A stretch of 60,415 nt of DNA, the filler included, from Sphacelaria rigidula (taxonomy: Eukaryota): assembly GCA_964200075.2 (NCBI GenBank). It is 6 parts of 6 records of this genome, joined end to end, with 100 filler letters (N's around TTAATTAATTAA, not from the genome) between each part and the next. Parts side by side here need not be neighbours in the genome. Positions count along the whole stretch, not along the records: positions 50,432 to 60,415 come from CAXNAA020007366.1; 5 more parts are not named here. One strand, written 5' to 3'. The translations under genes were made by a program, and so were the position numbers. Position 1 is the stretch's first letter, and every line of letters begins with the position of its first letter. The notes beneath the pieces are model-generated. The model saw only the letters and a program-made list of their open reading frames with translations, had not been told where the DNA came from and searched no databases. This document shows positions 50,791 to 60,415 of this stretch, piece after piece.

Positions 50791-53774
50791 AAAAAAAACT
50801 GGGGACCTAGCTTACGCGGTGGCGGTGTTTTTACGGCGTCATTGCCACCCGACGCCAACCCCATGAGGAGTTCATGCCAACATAGCCGGGATGGAGTACG
50901 CCGTGTTTTCACTGAACCAGGGTGGAAGGAGGGGGGGGGGGGGGAAGGGGACTTACAAGTCTATCTAGGCTGGACGGCGCTACAGCCCCTCAAATGTGGT
51001 CTGTTAATCTGCGCGACGTCCAAAATACGCGTTGTTGAGCGTACTTGGTCCAAACGCAAGACTCAGGGCCGACGAACGAATCGCCAGGCTGCCCTCAAGA
51101 GTTGGCGGGGACTGAAGGAGGTGGATACAGTAGGAGAGCCAAGGATGCGGTCGGGCGTTGCCTCGTGGGGTCTTCGGGATCGACACCGAAGGGTGTACTA
51201 CAGCACTCCAGGGAAGTAGGCTAAGGACAGCTCGGAGAATCGTTCACGTGTGCATTTTATGCGCATTGGGCCACGATATCATTGTCCTACATGCGTGTTA
51301 GACGCGTTGTACCGGCTCTACAGCGGGAATGGCGGAAACTAGATTATGACCACGCGGAACCAACATTCTTTTCCCCCCGGTCTTGTATGCAGTTTAGGGA
51401 AGCTATCCAGGACGCGAGATGGGTCTTGTTCGTTCGTCAGAAAAAAGTGTTCGTGAGCTCGTACTCTTGGCGCCTTCCCCGGCTTTCCCCTCGTCAACGC
51501 TGCCGACATTTCCTCATCTGACCAATGCGATCATTCGAAAATTGTTCTGCAGTATGATCTCTCTCGTGTCCTTCGTCCTGCTAGTACTGGGATGGAATAA
51601 GGTGTTCAGCCCTAAGCTGGTGCCCTCACCAGGTTGAGATGACCCCTTGTTCTTGCGAGGGAGCGCCGAGCTCCCTTGCTAGCAAAGCCTCAACCCTTGC
51701 GCTTTGCTCTGCTATCTTCCGGGTGGGCGAAATGGACAAAATCTCATTCCTTTTTGCACCCTTCTAGGGCTGTGCTTTCTTTCTACTTCTTTTTGACTGA
51801 TCAGATGTGCTTGTTGCGAGACTGGAAGTGTTCTCGGAACATTTGTTGTGTTCTTCCCCTCCCCCTGACACCGCCATTTTGTGTTGAAACCCAAAAAACC
51901 GGCAATCAGGGGATGTGAAAATACCGCAGTGTATTCTCTCTTCCGCTTTCTGTCCTATTGGTATTGGAATGAAATTAGGTCTCCAGCCCCGCCGGCGCCC
52001 TCACCCAGACTTCTTTGCCGGCGCTCGGCGGCTCACCCCTTCGGACTTGGCGTGTTCATGTCTGTGCCTTTTATTCGGGTTTTGGTGAGAGTAATCGATC
52101 TAAAGGTAACTGGCTGCATAGAGCATCCCAGCATGACCATTTACAGAATGTTTTCACGCGGGTCCCGTGTCAGCTGAGCCTCTGTAAGCCTCCTTATGCT
52201 GCGTTGAAGACAACTAATTTTGCGGGATCAAGGCTTTCTTTCTAGGAAGGTATTAGTATCGCTGTGAACCGCTTCGACGGCTTCCCGCGTCTTACTCCCC
52301 TGCTATTCTGGCTTGACTTCCATCCTATCCCCCAAACCCGCCCTCTGGGCATGCTACTGCAGTCTTGAGATAATGGGGAATTTCCCCGGAGAACCACGTA
52401 GTGTTATCAACTGGGGTTTTTACTATAGGATGGTGACCCAACAAAAAATCGGGGGGTGGAAGGTCGGGCCTACATGAAATGCAAGGGAAATATGAAAAAA
52501 TCGGGAATCCGAGCCCCGAGAACTTGGAGTTTCTTTTGCTTCGGATGCTTTCTTGTGGGCCAGGGACAGGGTACACCAACTTTGCAGGGACATCACTCCC
52601 GGCGACAGCCCCCCCCCCCCCCACTGGTCGTTTTGATGTGGTCGATAAATTTCGCCTTGCCCTGATTGGACAGGTCGCTCCCAGACCTTTTCATTATTTT
52701 TTCACCAACCCATGGTGAATATGGTATTAGTGAGCGACAGTCCCAAAAGGGTTAACTCACTCCTCGAACAGATTGAGATGTACGCGATACTCGTACAAAG
52801 TCATTGCCGCCAGCTTTTATTCCATACACCTCATCGAAGGTCAAGAGAGCAAAAAAAGGGAAACAGAGCGATGAGTTGTGTCGACATGGACGTGATTTCC
52901 GCCACCACCTCCACAACACAGACAGTGAAGTTCTCAAATCGACCTGGCGAGGAACCCACACGTACAGACAACAGTACCACGATAACTCAAGACCACGGGA
53001 TACGTGACTGAATGCAGGCTGCACACCCCTGGTGTACGTCTATCCATGTACTCCAGGAGTTTTGTTGCAAAACGACGAGTTTCGTGTTGCCTCTTGCAAA
53101 TTCGGTGCAAGGAACGATCCCAACAGTCAGTGGTGCGCAATGGTACACAGTGCAGTCGCACAGGCAGTGCAGCAGCAGGACGCCTTGGTAGCGTGACAAG
53201 CCGTACGAATGTGAGGAACGGTACGCTGTGTTCATTGTGCGGGCGGGTGTAGAATATGACTGCGGAACTCGTGATGATGAAGACTTGTTCATCATCGAAC
53301 CAATCGGAAAGAAGGCGCTGACCCCCATACTGGTCCTACTGAGCCTTTTAGTCTACACGGAGTGCATCAGGGCACGCAATTTGATGATGACTCTCCCGTC
53401 TTTCTTTTTCACCATGCTGAAGTGTGTACTGTCTGCACTGTACGGTTACATCGTACTGTACTATCATCTCATACGGTAGTGTAGGTGAGGCATACTTGTT
53501 CATGTATACTGATGTTTAGTAGCTGTGAAACTTCGCGCTTGTAGAACCGTACACCGCACTCCTCCGGACAGGACATGGAACTTGACCTACATCGCTCCGC
53601 GTAGCACCGAGGTAACAAGAGCGAGCGAGAGAAAATAGAGATACAACAGACGGCGTATGATTCAAGATGAACACCCTCCTTGAAGCTCTAGTCCTGTACC
53701 AAGCCATTGAGCTTTTAACATGCACCCGTCAAATGTTACTCCAGTATATATCTTACACAGGTTGGGTGCCGTAC

Positions 53775-53912
53775 CGTGTCAGTTCTTGGGGGGAAGAACT
53801 CGAGCGATTGGAAGATGTTCTTAGGAGCAGAAGTCTTCCCATCGCCTTCCAGGGCATCTTTCGCTACGCTGTTGATGAGATCGATGATCTTGGGGTCTTC
53901 ACTGAACGACAT
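53775..53912 (-). CDS. MTHFR: methylenetetrahydrofolate reductase exon 1
   Basis: M...KIIDLI...FQSLEFFPPRT, the MTHFR N-terminal motif; gtacgg donor. Confidence 0.82.
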
Positions 53913-54543
53913 GGCGATGAAGTGACGAGATGATGAAGTAAATGACTGGCGACACTGCCTAGATACCGGTTCCGGCCACACGGCGTGACGTTCGCGGCGA
54001 GTAGAAAGTGTAGCCCAGAGCCCTTGCCATATTCCAAAAACGAAATCGACATCTTCTATTTTCTCTTGTTTCTTCAGTTCTTTCGAGTCGATTCTTTGGT
54101 TTTTTGTAGAGTTGTATCGACGACCTAGCTTCAGTCAGCTGTCACATTTATTTGGATGGCCTCTCTACTTTCCATTTTTCACATCAAGGTTCTAGCCCTT
54201 TGCAGTACTGATGAGTATTTCCATGATTTGCGAATCGTGATTGCGAGAGAACAAACTAACTGCAAGTACTCTCGATCACGGGTCAGAAAAACGGATAGAA
54301 ATTGATATTTCCCCGCAAGGTCGAAACAGAGAACGAGGTCATGCGGTGTAAATCAACCAAAATGATCGTACGTGGCACTTGACGGTAGGACCAGTTGACC
54401 CCTATCTCTTGCATTTGTCCATCGCCCTCCCTCCCCACCGCGCATCAACGTTGGCTAGCTTTTTCTGGATACGGTATTATACCATACCCCGGCGTGGTCA
54501 TTGAGACAAGAGAAACACGCTATTCGAAACGCTGGCCATCTCT

Positions 54544-54704
54544 ATGCGTGGCACAGGCTTCACGGGAGGGGGCGGTGGTGGGATTGTACTGAGGAGCAGG
54601 AGCCGGCGAGGCCTCGTGCTGGTAACAATGCTGACGTCATGCGCCACGCGCACCAGAGGCTTTGTGCCGAGGATGATTCTTCCGGATTTACCAGCGGGTC
54701 AGTG
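54544..54704 (+). CDS. putative first exon of a divergent gene, possible targeting peptide
   Basis: ATG-open frame MRGTGF...LVLVTMLTSCATRTRGFVP, perfect gtaagt donor. Confidence 0.45.
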
Positions 54705-57517
54705 GTAAGTCCGTTGTACATGCACAGCTAGAGGTTTGAAAGAGGATGTTGTCGACAAGATTCTGTTGCTTCCATTTACTATTCTGAAATGTGGCCTCCT
54801 ATATCCTGTACATTATTCAGGATATTTTGATATTTTGGCTTGACTTTACTGTTCTGAAGTGAGGCCAACACATCGTTCAAGATATTGGGGGGGCGGATGT
54901 TCTCTGCATTTTGACCACAGCGTCGGCTAGCAATGCTCGCGCGCGAGAGGTTGGGGGGGGGGGGGAGTCACATGTTGAGTTCATGCTGATCTATCTGTCG
55001 CAAAAGCTCTCGTCAGTGATTGTACCTTCTACCTTGTGCTGATAAAACTTAATTTCACTCTACAGTCCTGCACAGTCAGTCAGCAGCCGCCGCGTTCTTT
55101 ACTGCAAGACCTCCTGTGCAAGTACAATCTGCGTAATACAGACAGACAGTCCGTACCGCAACTCTGTCTGTGACCACGTGTCGAACGCTCCAAGACCCCG
55201 CCTTGTGTCTCGAAAACGCACCGTCGTTTGTTCGTCAATCGGCCATTCCCCGTGTTCCCTTTGGTGTACAGTATTTCATACCAAATTACAACCTTCACCA
55301 AGACGCCGTTAGGTAGTCCCAGCTTTGCTTTGTGACGTTTCCTCTACTCTGCTGCATTTTGCTGTACTAGTTCAGAGATGCGAGACGACGGGAATTCTAC
55401 GCGTAGTGTGCTGCTTGTACCACCTGTACGACCTGAGCCAGCCTAAAAACGAACTTCAGCTGTCACAGTCATGTCTCATCGTCGCGGAGGAATTCTGCTG
55501 TGGTCCGTGCATGCTGTTAAAAGTCCTCGCAGGGGCAGATGCTCAGCTATCTAAGATCCGTACCAAATACTTCCTCGTTGATTGAATCCCGTGTCGAATA
55601 CATCATTTACTTTTGGCACAACGCCCATGTATAGGGGTAGATATCCGTGGTGAAATTTGCAATTCAACCAATCAGAGGCCCTCCAGTGAGGAATCGGCGG
55701 AATCCAGCGCCAATTAAAAGCGACCTTCGTAGTGAATCATGTAGGTGGAAAAGCTTGTGGTTGGCTCGCACACTTGAGTCAAACCTGTAGCGTACGCACT
55801 ACAGACAACAGTGCAGGAGTAAATAGTAGCGCCGAGACGGATAGAGCAGCAGTAGATAAATGAAGTTGCGAACACACAAGCAGACAGGGAGTGGTACATC
55901 GCCGCCGCGGTGGGTCATTGTGATGCTCGTGTATCGGTGTATTCCCATCTTAGAATGGCTGGTTGTGTCTTCCCGTGGCCGCCAGCACTGACGCCAATAC
56001 CAGCAGCAGCGGCCGCCATGCTGGCGGGTGCAACCAGTATCCTGGCGGTGCAGCATATCCGCACTATGTTGTGGGTTGGTCCTTTCATCGGAGCACGGGG
56101 TCTGGCCCAGCCGGTCGAGCGGGGTACACCAGCGCTCGTTATGTGTCTTTACCCATCCATGTTCGGTATCTCGCGAATGATGGGTGTGGGTAACATGAAG
56201 TTTTGAACAGTGCAGTGTGTAGACAGCACTGCGTCCCAACTGATACTATGTGCTGCAAAGAGACGAACACGACATGACAGCAGCCCAGGCAATCTCAGCG
56301 GAGAACAAACCGTCTTCGCAAGGTCAAAACACACCGCAGAACAGTGATGGCTACAGCACATGACAGCGGATGTGAGCGTGTTTGTGCTGCAGTTCAGTAA
56401 AACAGGACATGCCCCATGTTTTACTTGTTCGCCTGATTTTAAACGGGTCTTCAGTGGTTGCCGGGTGTCGATCTTGAACGCTCGGCCATTATCGCTCTTC
56501 GCGCAAATCATTCCATTCACTACAAAATCAGCCCCATGTATGGGTCCTGTGCCTTCTTTTTTCCTTCAAGGAAAGACTCACCCGACGGTCACCCCGCAGG
56601 CAAGTTCGCCGATTACCCGAAGGCTTGGCTAGACGCCTCGCGACAGTCGGGTACGGTAGGCGCCTCAAGGCGCCTCGAGAGTTCGGAAATTTTGGTCAAG
56701 GCAAGCGTGTGGGTCGAACCGACGAAAATCCCCTTCAACTTGGTGTGGTGCACGCGCCGCCCTGCTCTTATGAGCTTTGGCCCTCGGTCGAATACATCCT
56801 GTGGTGCACGGAGATATCCCGGTACTACAGTCTATACGAAACCCCAAAGCACGTCATCAACGGACGACGGTGACTTTTAGTGTGAACATTCATCGGGGCA
56901 CGGAGAAACGAGCGATGTCAGTGTCTTCGGGCCTGAGTGATCGCACAACTTGAGTTGGAGTTCACTGGGACAGGCACGGCCCACACAGTTCCTTCTGTGT
57001 AGCCACAGTCTCACGAGAGCAAGAGTTTGATGGATGTAGTACGGATTGAATGGTTTGATGATCGCAGCGAAGGGTAAAAGCACACACGCTACGATGGGGT
57101 GGGGTAGACCGCTGTGCTTGTGGAAACTCAACCATTATCTCCCTAGAACATACAACAGTCATCTCCCTGCAAGCGTTTCCGGAACGCCTCTAGATTGTAT
57201 CCAGAAACATTTCCGATTACTATCCTTCAAAACCGTTCCCAATTACGTTCCCAGCAGGTTCGGAACCAAGCACATGATATGGGAACCAAACATATTACTA
57301 TTATTTCCACACATTAGTTCGATCTCTCAAACTCGTTACGTAACATATTGTATTGTACGGTACATACTCCATCTGTCCTACAGCCTGAATGACCCAGTGG
57401 GCACCCTTCCTCATTTTGCACAGGTACAACACAATGCGCGTCAAATCTCAACGCATCCGAGATGACCAACACTGTTGGAAAAATAAAGTGGGCTTGCAAA
57501 AAAAAAAAATGTTGTTA

Positions 57518-57986
57518 GGGCTACTTCTTGTGTATCAAAAAATAAAACCTGTTGAAAAGTGCATTTTTGGCCCTTCTCCGTCATTTCCCCCCCCGAAAAG
57601 AGGGCAAGGCGGATGTTGACACCTTAGAATGAATTGCTCTACTCGCTGAGGCCGTTCCAGAGCACCTTTGCGTTTTTCGTAGGTCACGGTTTCGTTTGTG
57701 GCCAAACATGCATTTTCAATAACAAACGGTCAAGTTACCAAAAAAATATCGGTTTTCCCCCTGTTTTTTGATAAATTGGCCGTTTGTTATTAAAAATGAA
57801 AGCCTGGCCAAAAACGAAGCTGTGACGTACGGGAAACGCAAAGGTGCTCTGGAACCGTCTCAGGGAGTAGAGCAAGTCATTCCAAGGTGTCAACATCCGC
57901 TAGCCCTCTTTTCGGGGGAAAAACGACGGAGAAGGGCCAAAAATGCACTTTTCAACAAGTTTTATTTTTTCATACATAAGTAGCCT
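57518..57986. mobile_element. palindromic MITE, about 230-bp arms, TA-flanked
   Basis: 57518-57747 is the reverse complement of 57764-57986. Confidence 0.92.
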
Positions 57987-58289
57987 TATGCATGAAACGT
58001 CCAGGAAGATCGAATTGTAATCGAGACAGTCGTTGACCTTGGCTATGACAGGGTATCTCACGACAATGCAATGTACCTCCCAATGAAACCTCTAGGCTAC
58101 ACCTCGGGGCGACATGCCACTTGAGCGTTCATAGCACGGCGGGAAACAAGGTCCAATATCTGAAACAATTACACTTCAGGGAAATTACCGAAGTTTTTCT
58201 AATGTTCATCCAAGCGTTCCTGTGGGAACGGAAGCTTTCCACAGGGCAAAGGCTTGTTCAGCACGTCCGCATGCTGCTCAGCTGACGGT

Positions 58290-59850
58290 GCATACCGCTA
58301 CCTGTTCCCTCGAAAAATGATGTCGCACATATATATATGCTTACTGTTGTGTGTGAACTCTGACGATAGTTCGCAAGCTGTATTTTCCCCTGGTTGGATT
58401 CGTACACCGTTAACGGAATGCACGTCTCCTCCGCGTGCAGCTGCGTGAATTTCAACACCGCTTACAAACACCGCCTCGTTTACCACGTCTCCCATCGCCA
58501 CATACTCTGCCTGCATGGTAGACAAAGTCACATACTCGTGCGTCCGAGAAAAAAATCCTACGACAGCTCCGCAGTAAATTGCCGCCTCTCCCGACACCGA
58601 ACGCTGATAATCAAACTTAGCGTAGCCAGCATCCGCAAACGCCAACAGCTCCTTGCTCGAATCGCCGTCATACTTGATCCCTAAAGCTGCCGTACTCTCC
58701 TCCAGTCTTCAGGGGTGGTATCCTCGTTGTGACGGGATCCAACCCTGACTGCGTCGGCGGTACCGGGGCGTGTGTTGAGGGACAGCCACATCAACGAACT
58801 CACTGCTTCACAGTACCTTCCCTCCATGGCATCGCCCTTGTCCACCTTGACAGTTGGCGTAGCGTACGCGGGAGTTTTTGTTGTTGTCTTCACATTAAAA
58901 ACGGTTCCGATATCTGCGCGGTACATTCGTACTGGGCATCTGATGCGGACGCCTTCCGTGGTCACAGACTAGCAAAAAAGAAAAAAAGAACAGATGAAAA
59001 CTCACAAAATGTGATACAAGCAAAACAGGGATAGGGAGTCTGAGCGATTTAAGTGGTCGATATATATATATATATATATATATATGTAGAATACGTCGTG
59101 TGTACGCGGTTTGTGAAAGCTCAAGTACACCCTTCTTGACGCCATGCGAGTACCCACACCTGCATACAACACCACTTCACCGAGGTTCTTCGTCGGGAAG
59201 TGAGTATTGAGTGCCTCTGCCAGTTTTATGCTCTCTCCTTCATCACACATCACGAGCATATCATCGACGTGCGCAACCACCAAAACCTTGAGCTCCTCCC
59301 CGTCCATCAACTTACAGATACACGTGTCAGCCAATCTCCGCTCGTAACCTAGGACTTTTAGAGTACTCCCTAATTTCGCCAACCACTCCCTAGCGGCTTG
59401 TCGAAGCCCATATTTTGTTTTCTTGGGCGAACGGCGGTACCAAACCGTTCACCTAGACCCGCCGGAAATGTCATGCACGCTTCACCCTTCAGATCGAATT
59501 GAACAAAACCTTGCTGCACGTCGAAATGAAAAACGGGGTAACCCTCTGCACACGCAACAGCCGCGGCCAATCTGTCGAAGGTTACGGGAGGAGTAGGCGA
59601 GAACGTCATTGTATCCACCCATTTCCTGATATTCTCCGCTGGACAGCAAACGGGCCTTAGCGTTGACTACGTAAGCAAGCCTTTCAGTGTCCCACCGAAA
59701 CAACGACTTTGAGTCAACGGCCTCATCCTCCTCCGACGAATCCACAACCGACCACGTGGTATTGCGTTCCGAGCCAGCTACCTGACTGTCCGTCGCATGC
59801 AACCATACCTTCCTGAACTTCGTGTCGAAAACATATACTTCCTCTGTCCC
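58290..59850 (-). mobile_element. degenerate Ty1/copia RT-RNase H
   Basis: KARLL, HFDVQQGFV, AHVDDML, SLMWLSLNTRP, AFADAGYA, RSVSG, VTLSTMQAEYVAM, SKHI; several frameshifts. Confidence 0.92.
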
Positions 59851-60415
59851 ATAAGTCTGTATCGTGATGGACGTTTAATCGTTTGGGTATTTCAACGCTT
59901 AAGATCATCTTACAGTTTGGCTCGTTAGAGAGATAACGCGCAGACGAAGCTGACTAAAAAAAAAGAAGAAAAAAAAACTTGTTTTCAATACTAAAATCGT
60001 TTCAAAACATACCCCATTTTGGCCCTTTTTGGTCCACTTATACCCCGATGTTGACCGATTGTAGACGTTTTGACGTCGAGCACTCGCGATTACATGCTGA
60101 AAATTTGTTCGATGGGGCGTGCGCAGATTAACGTCACGGAGATATCCAAATCAGTGGTGGTTTTGCGGTTTTCACATTTTTTTTTCACATTTTTTCGCGA
60201 TTCCCGGGTCTCCTATATGCCTAAACGAGAAAAAGAGCGAAAAATGGCCAATTTTTGACCGACCTACCTTTTCTTGGCCGCGATGCTGCACGGGTCAAGC
60301 ACCCACGTTGTAGGAAGAGTGTTGTTTCTAGCTCAAAAAACGCCAACGTGTGGGAGATATCCTTTGCAGTGACATATCAGAGACTGAGGTCACACATGTA
60401 TACAGACCCAGTGCA

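Overview
Repeat-rich eukaryotic DNA, most likely from a brown alga (Phaeophyceae). This is inferred from a bipartite plastid-targeting peptide, intron-rich genes and the TE families. The window is not one locus. It is six unrelated contigs sorted by length (9988, 9987, 9986, 9985, 9985, 9984 bp) and joined by artificial 100-nt N44-TTAATTAATTAA-N44 linkers. Host genes: a spliced gene (at least 7 phase-consistent exons, 23342-29332) encoding a beta-sandwich-like domain, a bacterial-type TIR-like domain and a module resembling the C-terminus of algal ROCO proteins; exon 1 of a plastid-targeted NDP kinase; exon 1 of MTHFR. The rest is decayed mobile DNA: two Ty3/gypsy elements (one with a chromodomain plus an extra C-terminal domain), two copia remnants, a solo LTR, an RTE-like LINE, a C-tract-associated retroelement 3' end, tRNA-derived SINEs, and many MITEs and foldbacks. 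These include a four-element nest, several families carrying TTAGGG tracts, and a TIR element holding a 42-bp-periodic palindrome/unique-spacer array. All homology calls come from motif recognition by eye, not database searches.
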